Of a stretch of 64,000 bases of DNA, positions 1-9,583 are shown piece after piece (the first letter of the stretch is position 1; the number at the start of each line of letters is the position of its first letter). Made by a program: the position numbers and the translations under genes. The notes under the pieces were generated by a model. The model did no database searches, was not told where the DNA came from, and saw only the letters and a list, made by a program, of their open reading frames with translations. The DNA is from a bacterium (lineage in GTDB: Bacteria; Zhuqueibacterota; Zhuqueibacteria; Oceanimicrobiales; Oceanimicrobiaceae): contig JBBIIG010000004.1 of NCBI GenBank assembly GCA_037446635.1, positions 12,186 through 76,185 of the forward strand. Direction: 5' to 3'.

Positions 1-113
1 GGAACGCGTTCGTAGTCGCTCCTTCAGGAACGCGTTCGTAGTCGCTCCTTCAGGAGCGCCACCGTTTGTATTAGCTCCTTCAGGAGCGCTTCATGCCTAA
101 AGGCATCACTACA
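1..113. repeat. GTAG-type REP-like palindromic repeat cluster (26-bp unit x2 plus variants)
   Basis: ggaacgcgttcgtagtcgctccttca occurs twice in tandem, followed by gctccttcaggagc hairpins and atgcctaaaggcat-cactac; truncated by the window edge. Confidence 0.75.
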
Positions 114-124
114 AAACACATCCT

Positions 125-1888
125 TCACCCAATCAAATCCATTCCGTACCCCTTCCCCTCATACGCCGCCTCCGCAATCTGCTTCCGCCACGGATCGATA
201 TTATTATCCACCTGGCGCGCATTGCGACGAATCCGCCGCCACGCCTCCTCGCAAAACGTCTTCGCCAGCAGCAGCTCGCCTGCCCGCGCAGGCGGGCGCT
301 CCGCCTTGCGTTTGCTCTTTTCTTTCAGCAAACCGTCCACGCGCGAAATCACTGCCGCCATTCCAAACAAATCAATTGCCATGTCCGCGATGCGGTGCAG
401 CACGAACTCCTGATTGATGATATCCTTGCGATATTTCCCCAACACCCTCTCTGTCGCGAGATGCAGCTCTTTGGCGTACTCCTCGAATCGCGCCACTTCA
501 TCTTTCAGCGCCTCGTGCACGCCTTCCAGACGCTCGGTGGCCACGTAATCCTTTATGCGATGGATCGCGTATTCGGTGAGAATGCCAAGCTCGTCCATCG
601 GCTTCTGCAGCGCCTTGCCGACTTTCTTCAAATACTCGCCGTGCTCCTGCATGCCCGCCAGCGCGATGAACAGCCGCAGCACTTCGTTCGTGCCTTCAAA
701 AATCAGGTTGATGCGCGAGTCCCGCAGCGCCCGTTCGTAGGGATACTCAGCGCTGTAGCCGATGCCGCCCGCAATTTGCATGGCCTCGTTCACCGTGCGC
801 CACAACGCCTCGGAGACATACACTTTGCAGATGGCCGACTCCACCGAGTAATCCACGTCGCCGCCTGCCTGCGCAGGCAGGCGGTCGATGAGGCCCGTGG
901 TGAGGTACACCATGCTCTCCGCCGCAAAGGTGTCCACCATCATCGCCGCAATCTTTTCCTGAATCATCTCGAAATTGGCGATGGGCTGGTTGAACTGCTT
1001 GCGATTTTTGGCGTACTCCACGCTCATGGCCGTGAGCTTTTTCATGCCGCCGACGCAGCCCGCCGCCAGTCCGAGGCGCCCCGAGTTGAGCACCTCCATC
1101 GCCACTTTGAAGCCTTTGCCCACTTCGCCAATGACGTTCTCCACGGGCACCTTCACATTATCAAAGGTGATCTCCGTGGTGGACGAGCCGTGAATGCCCA
1201 ACTTGTGTTCGGGCTTGCCCGATGAAAATCCCGCCATGTCGCGGGTGACGATGAACGCGGTGATTTTCTTTTCGTCGCCCACGGGCGTTTTCGCGAACAC
1301 GGTGAAAAGGTTGGCGATGCCGCCGTTGGTGATCCAGATTTTGCCGCCGTTCAGCACGTAGTGTTTTTTATCCCCATCCAGCACCGCCAGCGACTGGATG
1401 CCCGCGGCGTCGGAGCCAGCGTTGGGTTCGGTGAGGGCAAACGCCGCCAGCCATTCCCCGCTCGCCAGCTTCGGCAGGTATTTTTTCTTCTGCTCCTCGG
1501 TGCCGTGCAGCAGCAGCCCCTTGAGGCCAATGGACTGGTGGCCGCCGAGGGTCACCGCCAGCGAGGCGTCGATGCCGGCGATTTCCTCGAACACGCGGTT
1601 GTAGGCGGTGGCGGAAAAGCCGTAGCCGCCGTAGGCCTCGGGGATGCTCATGCCAAACAGGCCAATTTCCGCGAGACCCGTGAGCACCTCCTGCGGGATG
1701 GACTCGTTGCGGTCGATTTCGTCGGAGTTGATGTGGTCTTTGGCAAACTGGCGGATGCTCTCCAAAACGAGCTTGAGGTTTTCCGCCTCCTCGCTGCTGA
1801 TTTTGGGATACGGAAAAATCAAATTCTGCTCGATGCTTCCTGCGAACAGGCTTTTGCTGAAACTGGGTTTGTTGGGGGTAGGGGGCAT
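125..1888 (-). CDS. fadE: Acyl-CoA dehydrogenase (long, VLCAD/ACAD9-like)
   Basis: Motifs FALTEPNAGSD, GGKIWITNG, RKQFNQPI, IFEGTNEV; downstream of fadB in the same orientation. Confidence 0.93.
   Translation of the reverse strand: MPPTPNKPSFSKSLFAGSIEQNLIFPYPKISSEEAENLKLVLESIRQFAKDHINSDEIDRNESIPQEVLTGLAEIGLFGMSIPEAYGGYGFSATAYNRVFEEIAGIDASLAVTLGGHQSIGLKGLLLHGTEEQKKKYLPKLASGEWLAAFALTEPNAGSDAAGIQSLAVLDGDKKHYVLNGGKIWITNGGIANLFTVFAKTPVGDEKKITAFIVTRDMAGFSSGKPEHKLGIHGSSTTEITFDNVKVPVENVIGEVGKGFKVAMEVLNSGRLGLAAGCVGGMKKLTAMSVEYAKNRKQFNQPIANFEMIQEKIAAMMVDTFAAESMVYLTTGLIDRLPAQAGGDVDYSVESAICKVYVSEALWRTVNEAMQIAGGIGYSAEYPYERALRDSRINLIFEGTNEVLRLFIALAGMQEHGEYLKKVGKALQKPMDELGILTEYAIHRIKDYVATERLEGVHEALKDEVARFEEYAKELHLATERVLGKYRKDIINQEFVLHRIADMAIDLFGMAAVISRVDGLLKEKSKRKAERPPARAGELLLAKTFCEEAWRRIRRNARQVDNNIDPWRKQIAEAAYEGKGYGMDLIG
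277..298. repeat. Intragenic short imperfect palindrome (in-frame insertion PPARAG)
   Basis: cgcctgcccgcgcaggcgggcg, a variant of the palindrome at 861-884. Confidence 0.65.
861..884. repeat. Intragenic perfect 24-nt palindrome (in-frame insertion LPAQAG)
   Basis: ccgcctgcctgcgcaggcaggcgg is its own reverse complement. Confidence 0.75.
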
Positions 1889-1995
1889 GGGTGGCTCCGT
1901 GTTTAATATTCATAAATGTGAACCGATGAGTCGTTAGAATTACCCATTTCATTAGTTATGATTCATTGCAGTAAATCACAGCCGAAAACTTTGAG

Positions 1996-3123
1996 TTACA
2001 AATCACAATTGGTTTCAAAACCAGTTACAGTCCAAGAGACAACTCTTAAACCGTCGTCCCTGAACGCATCAGGGCCTCGCAGTGTATGCGGTAGGACCTG
2101 ATCCGATACTCTACTTTGGATTTTTTCTCTTTCATCTTCCTTCAGACTTTCCCACCACAACGGTGAAAAATACACGTTCTCAGAACATGAGATTACAAAT
2201 CTTGTTACTGCGTGAGGCAGGTCGGTCCGTGTCATTCTGCTTAATGATTCAATAAGCTTATGTGCAGGACCATTTCCAGCCTGTAGCCATGAGAATATCA
2301 CCAAGCTTCCTACATGTGCTGTAATTATTGAAAAAGTGATTGCTTCCAATCTAGCAGAAAGGTCCGTCAAGTCCTGCAATTTATTTCCATCAAAGTCAAA
2401 ATCAGGGTAAGCAATCCCGCTACACATTAATTCCGCCGTTTCACGGATTCTGACAACATAAAATTTTACATTTGAATAATCCTTGTTCAATAGTACAGCA
2501 TCGTATTCACTCTTTATTTTCTCAATTTCTTTGAGCCCAACTTTTACGCCTAACGAGTGAAGTTCGTGATACTCGTGAAGTAAACGCTGTGAAAGCTTAT
2601 CTAAGCCTTGGTCTAAATCTTCCAAAATTGGTAATGAGTCTGACTGCCTTCTTTTTGCAAAAACCTCCCTGCACAAGGCTCTATAAGCGAAAAGAAACAT
2701 TGTTTCTTGATTCACCGCGAAGGGGTGAGACTCTATTGCCTTAAAGGTTTCTGAATCATGTTTTTGACAAAATCCCGTGAACGTTGAAGCTTCTTTTATT
2801 CCAATGAGTTCTGGTTTGACTCTTCCCTCATTCTTGATAAAAGAAACCATATTGGGATTATAGCCATACACGTGGCCATCCTTTGCAATCCTACTCAGCC
2901 CTCCACTTCGCTGGACAGTATGTGCCCTCACGATGTTGCGATCACAATCCTCGGGACTAGCTTCTGGATGCAAACAGTACTTTTTCCCAAAAAGTCTTTT
3001 TTGTTTTTTAGCCACCTCAAAAGGATTGAGAGGAGGCAAGTTTTCACGACCCCAGTGACAGCGTTTATATTTCTTACCCGAACCACACCAACACGGGTCA
3101 TTTCTTCCAATTTTCAGATTCAT
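1996..3123 (-). CDS. SEC-C metal-binding motif protein, function unknown
   Basis: N-terminal GRNDPCWCGSGKKYKRCH; further C/H motifs (AHTVQ, FTGFCQKHD); low GC. Confidence 0.85.
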   Translation of the reverse strand: MNLKIGRNDPCWCGSGKKYKRCHWGRENLPPLNPFEVAKKQKRLFGKKYCLHPEASPEDCDRNIVRAHTVQRSGGLSRIAKDGHVYGYNPNMVSFIKNEGRVKPELIGIKEASTFTGFCQKHDSETFKAIESHPFAVNQETMFLFAYRALCREVFAKRRQSDSLPILEDLDQGLDKLSQRLLHEYHELHSLGVKVGLKEIEKIKSEYDAVLLNKDYSNVKFYVVRIRETAELMCSGIAYPDFDFDGNKLQDLTDLSARLEAITFSIITAHVGSLVIFSWLQAGNGPAHKLIESLSRMTRTDLPHAVTRFVISCSENVYFSPLWWESLKEDEREKIQSRVSDQVLPHTLRGPDAFRDDGLRVVSWTVTGFETNCDL

Positions 3124-3173
3124 GGTTTTTGTTAGTCAAACATCAAACTAAGCAAATCATTTAGGTTTTTTGT

Positions 3174-3632
3174 CTAGCCGTTATCTCGACTTCTGAAACC
3201 TTTGTATACCCAACCAATAGCGACGCCCAAGAAGTAGAGAAAAATAGAGGGAAGAACCCAGAATAGAATTGAATTGCCAATATGCTCAATCCGTTTGGAA
3301 TATAGATCATCCATCTTTTTTCGGTATTGCTTTTCAATAGCTTGAAAATCCAATTTGTACTGACTGGACTTTTGTGCACTATTCTCTTTTAACTTCTTTA
3401 TGAACTGTTCATCCGTTATTCCCTTTTCACTGTATTTAAACCTGATTCTCCAACTGTCTAGATTTGTTATACTCGGATCGTATCTTTTCTCAAGCTCAAG
3501 TACAGCAATCGCCCAGTCCTGCAAAATGGGAGACTTTTGGGGAAAGCTTGACCAAGAGACGAATATGACTAAAAGTAGATAAATACAGACAACCAAAATC
3601 CACAATCGTTGCCAGCCATTAAGTTTCTTCAT
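3174..3632 (-). CDS. Hypothetical membrane protein (2 TM)
   Basis: 152-aa ORF with hydrophobic N- and C-terminal segments; low GC. Confidence 0.75.
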   Translation of the reverse strand: MKKLNGWQRLWILVVCIYLLLVIFVSWSSFPQKSPILQDWAIAVLELEKRYDPSITNLDSWRIRFKYSEKGITDEQFIKKLKENSAQKSSQYKLDFQAIEKQYRKKMDDLYSKRIEHIGNSILFWVLPSIFLYFLGVAIGWVYKGFRSRDNG

Positions 3633-3729
3633 TTGGAACTTGTTAATTTTATTCTTTGATAAATTTGATACTATGTCAACTTACGGTGCACGATGCAAGC
3701 ATAAGATCGCGAAGAGAACCGCCACATTC

Positions 3730-4380
3730 CTAGGGGAATTTTGGACCCAGTTCGGCCTTAACTTCAAAGAAAAGACTTTCAATATCGCTTAGAACTTCTG
3801 GCACAAATTCCTTCATCAACTCAATCCTCGAATCGACGATTTTCAAGAGAGTGTGCCGCTTTTTAGAAAATGCCATAATTGCTTTTGAGTCGCCATCATC
3901 CGACAGTTGTCCTTCGTTATGTGCGATTTTATTTCTAATTTTGTTGTAGATTTTAATTCTGTCCCACAACAACTTGCTAACTTTGGGAATTTGAATCACC
4001 TTCGTTAAATAATTATAAGAGCGAATTACTCCGCGGTCTGCCAAATCTGTCAATTTGAGGTGGTAATTGAACTCCAAGCTTCGACATAATCGGTTAAGTG
4101 TAAATTCGAGATAAGAATAGCAAGTCAGAAAACTTGAATATCTTAAAATCCGTGGGAACACTTCCGTGAATTTCCACTCGAGATGTTCACGGTGAAATTC
4201 CAAGAGTTCCCGTTTTTCCTTTGAGGATTTATCAATATTTTCAACCATCTTTGAAGCCTTCTTCTCAAACTCCTTTTCGATATAAGACTCTACAGTGGAA
4301 ACATATTCTCCAATTCTGTGAAGTCCATCGAATAAGAAAAACTCAAAGGTAGTTTGTAAAGGTCTACTTTGATCGTTCAT
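3730..4380 (-). CDS. Putative HEPN-domain protein
   Basis: Helical protein with YSYLEFTL and an RX4H motif (RNKIAH); start MNDQ chosen. Confidence 0.6.
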   Translation of the reverse strand: MNDQSRPLQTTFEFFLFDGLHRIGEYVSTVESYIEKEFEKKASKMVENIDKSSKEKRELLEFHREHLEWKFTEVFPRILRYSSFLTCYSYLEFTLNRLCRSLEFNYHLKLTDLADRGVIRSYNYLTKVIQIPKVSKLLWDRIKIYNKIRNKIAHNEGQLSDDGDSKAIMAFSKKRHTLLKIVDSRIELMKEFVPEVLSDIESLFFEVKAELGPKFP

Positions 4381-4391
4381 GTTTGTTAGTC

Positions 4392-4560
4392 TCAACAACT
4401 ACAATAAGGTAAGCCGTCAATTTCGATGGCCAGCATCAGCTCGTGGCAATAAAAATCCACAATATATTTATCGAGCGGCACCTGTCGGTGAAACTCAACC
4501 CCAGTCCTTTCCCGCGAATTGCTTGCCATAGAATTCGTTCCAAGACCGTGGCATTCCGCC
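4392..4560 (-). pseudogene. DUF559/Vsr-like endonuclease remnant
   Basis: RNATVLERILWQAIRGKGLG, then a frameshift into VEFHRQVPLDKYIVDFYCHELMLAIEIDG, then truncated. Confidence 0.75.
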
Positions 4561-4586
4561 AAGGCAGTTTGGCTTAGCCGCCCCAC

Positions 4587-4757
4587 TTAGCTACCCGTCT
4601 TTTTCACCAACAATTTTGGCGGCAAAGATTTGATCGGGTTGCGTAGCTTCTTTTCCTTCTTCTTCAAATCTTCGCAGATCGCGTGCAAGTCAAAGTTGAA
4701 GCGCTCAGCATGTTTTTGGCGCGCTTCCCGCACTTCTTCCACAATTGGATCTTTCAT
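4587..4757 (-). CDS. Small putative antitoxin partner of the PIN toxin (56 aa)
   Basis: MKDPIVEEVREARQKHAERFNFDLHAICEDL... directly downstream of the PIN gene; below the ORF-track cutoff. Confidence 0.75.
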   Translation of the reverse strand: MKDPIVEEVREARQKHAERFNFDLHAICEDLKKKEKKLRNPIKSLPPKLLVKKTGS

Positions 4758-4759
4758 TG

Positions 4760-5233
4760 TTATTCTCCCAAGAGTTCTTCAGGTGAACATATCAATGGAC
4801 ATTGATAACCATGCTCCTCGATAACCGAAGCTATTTTAGCCTTCATTTGAGCGTTGTTGATATGCTTAAAGTTCCAAGTCAAAAGATAATCCATGCCATT
4901 GACCGTTGCAATGGCAATGTGCAGGGCATCTTCTGGTTGATTTTCGGGTATCGGTCCGTCTTGTATCAGCACTGACGCTAACTCCTCAGCTTGCTCACTA
5001 ATTGGAAGAACCGTCAAACTTGAAACGGCAGCGAGTCGTTCTCTGACCGCCTCTTGGTCACCCTGCTCTGCCTCCTGCACGACCAGTGCTGAAATGAATG
5101 CGTCAAAGGAACGTAAAATCTTCGGCCATTTTTCGCGAGTGATTTCCTGACGGCCAGCAATCACCAAATCGCGGCTCGGGCGTGAAGTATAATAACTCAC
5201 AACACTCGTCTCGATATAAACTGTCTCCTTCAT
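4760..5233 (-). CDS. PIN-domain (VapC-like) toxin
   Basis: VYIETSVVSY, EDALHIAIA and YLLTWNFKH PIN motifs. Confidence 0.88.
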   Translation of the reverse strand: MKETVYIETSVVSYYTSRPSRDLVIAGRQEITREKWPKILRSFDAFISALVVQEAEQGDQEAVRERLAAVSSLTVLPISEQAEELASVLIQDGPIPENQPEDALHIAIATVNGMDYLLTWNFKHINNAQMKAKIASVIEEHGYQCPLICSPEELLGE

Positions 5234-5318
5234 TTTGATAATCCTCTCCAAACTCTATTTGTTTTTAGACCAACATTCATTATACTTGTACCGCAGATCT
5301 TTTAGAAAGACACCTGAC

Positions 5319-5558
5319 ATGGCTAAACTCCAACTCCGTTTACCCGAATCCATTCACAACAAGGTTCGCAAAATTGCTGAAAAAGAGCAGGTCTCAATTA
5401 ACCAATTGTTGGTGAATTCCATTTCCAACGAGATTATTCGCTACGAGACCCAGCAGTTCTTCGCCGACCGTTCCAGAGATTTCAATGAACAAGATTTTCT
5501 CGATGCTTTGCAGGAAATTCCTGCCGTCGAAGCATCGGAAGAGGACAGACTCAAATAG
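5319..5558 (+). CDS. Ribbon-helix-helix/HicB-like antitoxin, orphan
   Basis: MAKLQLRLPESIHNKVRKIAEKEQVSINQL RHH pattern. Confidence 0.8.
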   Translation: MAKLQLRLPESIHNKVRKIAEKEQVSINQLLVNSISNEIIRYETQQFFADRSRDFNEQDFLDALQEIPAVEASEEDRLK

Positions 5559-5569
5559 CCTTTAAATCG

Positions 5570-5713
5570 TCAGCGTCTTCTTTGATCACGACGCTTTTGC
5601 AATACTTCTCGGACCTCTTCGGTACTGTGAACGCGTCCAGCATCAGCGTCAGCCAGTCCTCGCTTCACCGATTCAACGAACAGCCTTTTGTACGCCAATT
5701 TAATCCGTTTCAT
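5570..5713 (-). CDS. Small antitoxin-like peptide or remnant (47 aa)
   Basis: GGAGG RBS, then MKRIKLAYKRLFVESVKRGLADADAGRVHSTEEVRE, resembling the C-terminus of ParD-like antitoxins. Confidence 0.5.
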   Translation of the reverse strand: MKRIKLAYKRLFVESVKRGLADADAGRVHSTEEVREVLQKRRDQRRR

Positions 5714-5742
5714 TCTTCCTCCATTGAGCGAGATCGAACATC

Positions 5743-5775
5743 ACATTTACTAAACCTCGAAGGTTTAGTAAATGT
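5743..5775. repeat. Inverted repeat (15-bp arms)
   Basis: acatttactaaacct-cga-aggtttagtaaatgt. Confidence 0.7.
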
Positions 5776-5850
5776 CGCCTGCCATCCATTTTCTATCCTC
5801 AATCTTCAATCCTCGCTCCACGCTCTCTCGCTCTTCGCTCTGTCGCCCAT

Positions 5851-8055
5851 TCATTCCTGATAAAACCTCTCTCCCTTCATCGCCAGCTTCTGCAGCAACT
5901 CGGGCGTCTCGAAGCGCGCGCCGTATTTTTCTTTTAGCGTGAAAAATCTATCGTGGCAATTTGAGAGGCCGAGACTATCGGCGTATCGCAACAGGCCACC
6001 GCGGAAGGGTGGAAAGCCGGTGCCGAAAATCATCCCGGCATCCACGTCGCGGGGACGGCGTACAACTTTTTCCTCTAAACACAACACCGCTTCCCGCAGC
6101 ATGATGAACACCAGCCGATCCTGCATCTCTTGTCGCGATAGTGGTTTCGGTTTCACTAAATGTTTGAACAACGCGTACACGTTTTCATCCACCCGCTTTT
6201 TTCGGCCTTCATAAATGTAAAATCCTTTGCCGCCCTTTTTGCCGAGTCGCTTGTCTTCGTACATGCACTCGATCACCTTCGATGGCTGCACGCGCTCGCC
6301 GAACGCTTCGGCCAAAATTTTGGCCACTTTGTAACCCACATCGATGCCGACTTCGTCCAGCAGATTGAGCGGCCCCATCGGCATGCCGAAGTCCACCATC
6401 ACGCGATCGATCTCCTCAATCTTCGCGCCTTCCTCCAACATCAGCGCCGCCTCGTTGATGTACGGCCCGAGGATGCGGTTCACTAAAAATCCCGGACTAT
6501 TCTTCACCACAATCGGCGTTTTGCCGAGGCGTTTGGCAAAGGCGACCGCGGTGACAACGGTGTCGTCCGAAGTTTTTTCTCCGCGGATCACTTCCACGAG
6601 CGGCATGCGGTGCACAGGGTTAAAAAAATGAAAGCCCACCACACGCTCGGGCTTCTTCACCGCCTCGGCGATTTCAGAGATAGAAAGCGATGACGTATTT
6701 GACGCCAGAATGCAGGTGTCCTTTACCCGCGGCTCGATTTCCGCGAACACCTGCATCTTGATCTCGATGTTTTCCACCACCGCCTCGATGATGAAATCCA
6801 TGGGCGTGAAGCCGGAGTAATCGGTAGTGCCAGAGATGAGCGACATTTTGCGCTGCATTTCGCGGCGGCTCATTTTTTTCTTTTCAACCGATTCCAGAAA
6901 AATCTGCTCGGCCTTTCGCAGCCCGAGGTTGACCATCTCCTGATGGATGTCTTTCATCCGTGACGGGATGTCGTTGTAGGCTAACAATTGCGCGATGCCG
7001 CCGCCCATGACGCCGGCGCCGAGGATGCCCACCTGCCGAATTTCGCGCGGGTGCACTTTCGCTTTCTCGACGCCCGGATCTTTTTTCAGCGCCTCGGTGA
7101 GGAAGAATAGCGAGACGAGATTTTTGCAGACCTCGCCCGCGATCAGTTCTCCGAGGAGTTTGGCTTCAATCTCCAACCCCTGTTCCAGCGGCAACCCGAT
7201 GCCGCGCTGCACCGCCTCCAGCGCTTTGAGCGGCGCGGGATAGTGTCCGCGCGTCGTCTTCAATGTTTGCTTGCGCGCCTGCTCGAAAATGAATTTGCGG
7301 CCGAAGCGGTTGCTTTCCAAAAAAATCCCGTGCAGCCGTTTGGCGTTGCGCTTTTGCAGATACGCGCCGCGCTTGAAATTTTGCAACATCGCCAGCCCGA
7401 ATTCTTCGGCGGCGGCTTTCATAAATGAAAACGGATAATCGGGCGGCAGCACTTTATCGACGAGGCCCATTTTGCTCGCGGTTCGTGCGTCCACCAAGTT
7501 GCCAGTGAGGATGAGTTTCAACGCGCGCTGAATGCCAATGAGCCGCGGCAGGCGCTGGGTGCCGCCGAAGCCGGGGAGGATGCCTAACTTCACTTCGGGC
7601 AAACCGATTTTAGTTTTGGAGCTGATGCGCGCGATGCGGAAGTGACACGCCAGCGCCAGTTCCAGTCCGCCGCCAACGCACGCGCCCTGAATGGCCGCCA
7701 CCACGGGAAACGGCAAGTCGTGGATTTTTTGGAAAATCGTCTGACCCTGCCGCGCCTTTTCCGCGCCCTCGTTGGGATCGCTGATGTCGCGGATTTCGGA
7801 GACGTCGGCGCCGGCGATGAAGTTGTCCTCTTTGCCGCTGAGGAACACCAGCGCTTTGATGTCGCTGCGGCGAGCGAGGCCATCGAGCCAACCGTCCAGC
7901 TCCGCCATCACTTTGCTGGAAAGAATGTTGACCTTCTCGTTTTTGAGATCGAAAATGAGAAACGCGACGCCGTTGTCGCGCACTTCGAGATTAAACGCGC
8001 CGCCGCGTTTGGCGGTTTTCTGAGCAGGCATTTTTTCGGCAAGTGTCTCGGACAT
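5851..8055 (-). CDS. fadB: Multifunctional enoyl-CoA hydratase/3-hydroxyacyl-CoA dehydrogenase (FadB/FadJ)
   Basis: [45 protein letters not shown] before MSETL. Confidence 0.93.
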   Translation of the reverse strand: MSETLAEKMPAQKTAKRGGAFNLEVRDNGVAFLIFDLKNEKVNILSSKVMAELDGWLDGLARRSDIKALVFLSGKEDNFIAGADVSEIRDISDPNEGAEKARQGQTIFQKIHDLPFPVVAAIQGACVGGGLELALACHFRIARISSKTKIGLPEVKLGILPGFGGTQRLPRLIGIQRALKLILTGNLVDARTASKMGLVDKVLPPDYPFSFMKAAAEEFGLAMLQNFKRGAYLQKRNAKRLHGIFLESNRFGRKFIFEQARKQTLKTTRGHYPAPLKALEAVQRGIGLPLEQGLEIEAKLLGELIAGEVCKNLVSLFFLTEALKKDPGVEKAKVHPREIRQVGILGAGVMGGGIAQLLAYNDIPSRMKDIHQEMVNLGLRKAEQIFLESVEKKKMSRREMQRKMSLISGTTDYSGFTPMDFIIEAVVENIEIKMQVFAEIEPRVKDTCILASNTSSLSISEIAEAVKKPERVVGFHFFNPVHRMPLVEVIRGEKTSDDTVVTAVAFAKRLGKTPIVVKNSPGFLVNRILGPYINEAALMLEEGAKIEEIDRVMVDFGMPMGPLNLLDEVGIDVGYKVAKILAEAFGERVQPSKVIECMYEDKRLGKKGGKGFYIYEGRKKRVDENVYALFKHLVKPKPLSRQEMQDRLVFIMLREAVLCLEEKVVRRPRDVDAGMIFGTGFPPFRGGLLRYADSLGLSNCHDRFFTLKEKYGARFETPELLQKLAMKGERFYQE

Positions 8056-8113
8056 TGTGGTTCCTCCCTTATCCTTCAAAATTGATTTGCTTTTCACGCA
8101 ATTTCACATAAAA

Positions 8114-8256
8114 TGTCATTTCGAGGTCGACGTTGTTTGTCGGCTGAGAAATCTGGCGGTGAACAGATCATAATTGCTTCCAACAGCCTGCGAGGCATTC
8201 GCTGAATCTTTCCTCCGTCAGGTTTCTGGACTCGCTAGCGCTCGCTCGAAACGACA
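8114..8256. repeat. GTCA-tagged ~143-bp palindromic element, copy 1
   Basis: tgtcatttcga...gagaaatctggcggtg...caggtttc..gactcgctagcgctcgctcgaaacgaca; direct repeat of 8569-8712. Confidence 0.85.
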
Positions 8257-8261
8257 GTCCC

Positions 8262-8549
8262 TTAGATCCCATAATACAAATCCCGCCACTGCGGATTTAT
8301 TGACTCAATCAGCGCGATTTTCTTTTCGCGTCGCCAGCGTTTGATTTGCTTTTCACGCGCTATCGCACTCAAAACGTCTTCCGTCATTTCGAAATAAACC
8401 AGCTTTTTGATTTTGTATTGTTTGGTAAACCCATCAACAAATTCTTCTTTGTGTTGCCAGACTCTTTTCTTGAGATCACTGGTCACACCCACATAGAGCG
8501 TCTTGGTCAAACTCGAAAGAATGTAAACGAAATATTGCTTGCTCTGCAT
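8262..8549 (-). CDS. Small GIY-YIG nuclease (YhbQ/UPF0213-like)
   Basis: YFVYIL...LYVGVT..LKKRVWQH...AIAREKQIKRWRR. Confidence 0.92.
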   Translation of the reverse strand: MQSKQYFVYILSSLTKTLYVGVTSDLKKRVWQHKEEFVDGFTKQYKIKKLVYFEMTEDVLSAIAREKQIKRWRREKKIALIESINPQWRDLYYGI

Positions 8550-8568
8550 TAAGACTGTTCCCGGAAAA

Positions 8569-8712
8569 TGTCATTTCGAACGCGACGCTTTTTGTCGCGT
8601 GAGAAATCTGGCGGTGCACCGATCTTTGATCTACGCAATCACGCTTGTGCGAAATCGTTGCTTCTATTCTCCAACAGGTTTCTCGACTCGCTAGCGCTCG
8701 CTCGAAACGACA
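8569..8712. repeat. GTCA-tagged ~144-bp palindromic element, copy 2
   Basis: Same ends as 8114-8256 with a divergent core. Confidence 0.85.
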
Positions 8713-8719
8713 ACTCGAG

Positions 8720-8857
8720 TTAGTTTTTCCTCAACCCACTAACAAAAATCTCCGCAATCTGATTGGCGGATTCTTCCAAATCGTAACAGCCATTTTTCAG
8801 CAGCACCCAGTGAGTGGTAATTTCATCCAGCGCGCCGAAGAGAGCGCGCTTCGCCAG
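8720..8857 (-). pseudogene. Displaced duplicate 3' end of the TetR gene
   Basis: 8735-8857 matches 9625-9747 at 111/123 nt (hand count); encodes LAKRALFGALDEITTHWVLLKNGCYDLEESANQIAEIFVSGLRKN*. Confidence 0.88.
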
Positions 8858-8897
8858 CTCATACTCGGTCAGGTTCTCAACTCCGCTTCGCCGCGTT

Positions 8898-9251
8898 TCA
8901 TTTTGTTTTTATCAAACCCGACATCTCAAGCACGCGCTGTGACCACTCGTGCGACTTCGCGATGAACTGCTCTCGCCAGTTTTTATCCAGCCATTGCGTT
9001 TGAGATTGTCTCTGCCATTGAGCCATTTGTATTTGTAGGCTGACTAATTGCGCCGCATCCGCAATTGCCAATTCAGCCGCAATCCATTCAATGAACCATT
9101 TGCTTTCCTGCAAAATCGCGAATACCACTTCGCGATGATCATCGTTTTTCGAGAAGCTGGCAACGCGGGCTAAATTTGCTGCCAGCCCGCCGAGGCGCAC
9201 CGGGACGGGGTCGCACAAATAGCGCGAGCGGAGTTTATCCAATTTTGTCAT
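8898..9251 (-). CDS. Hypothetical helical protein, partner of the DUF5674-like gene
   Basis: 117-aa ORF translationally coupled (4-nt overlap) to the upstream gene. Confidence 0.8.
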   Translation of the reverse strand: MTKLDKLRSRYLCDPVPVRLGGLAANLARVASFSKNDDHREVVFAILQESKWFIEWIAAELAIADAAQLVSLQIQMAQWQRQSQTQWLDKNWREQFIAKSHEWSQRVLEMSGLIKTK

Positions 9252-9583
9252 ACGCCCTCCAAAAGCTGTTTCACTATTGCTTCCACTCTCTGCTTAATTG
9301 ACGGGTCTTGTATGGTCATCGCCAGGTTGTTTCGATTGGGACGAATATTGATAAGGGCTTCAAACTCTACTGTCTGGGTGGCAGGAATCCAATTGGCTCC
9401 CCAAATATCTTCCTGCTGACTCCCATCGTCAAGCAGGATCGTTTCACAATCAGCGTGCATAACACCGCCGCCCGCCAAAATCTGACGATTTAAATCGACC
9501 GCCAACTTAATGATGGGATCCAATTCTTCGAGCATTTCGTCAACCTGCTGTTTTGTGGCCTTACTTCGAATGATATGTATCAC
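9248..9583 (-). CDS. DUF5674-like protein
   Basis: KLAVD...GGGVMHADCE...DIWGANW...LINIRP pattern, recognised from memory. Confidence 0.75.
   Translation of the reverse strand: MIHIIRSKATKQQVDEMLEELDPIIKLAVDLNRQILAGGGVMHADCETILLDDGSQQEDIWGANWIPATQTVEFEALINIRPNRNNLAMTIQDPSIKQRVEAIVKQLLEGV

Noticed and set aside
1..113. Possible CRISPR array
   Set aside because: The units are tandem without unique spacers and no cas genes are present; it fits a REP-like cluster.
1900..4400. Integron cassette array
   Set aside because: No intI and no RYYYAAC...GTTRRRY attC hairpins downstream of the genes.
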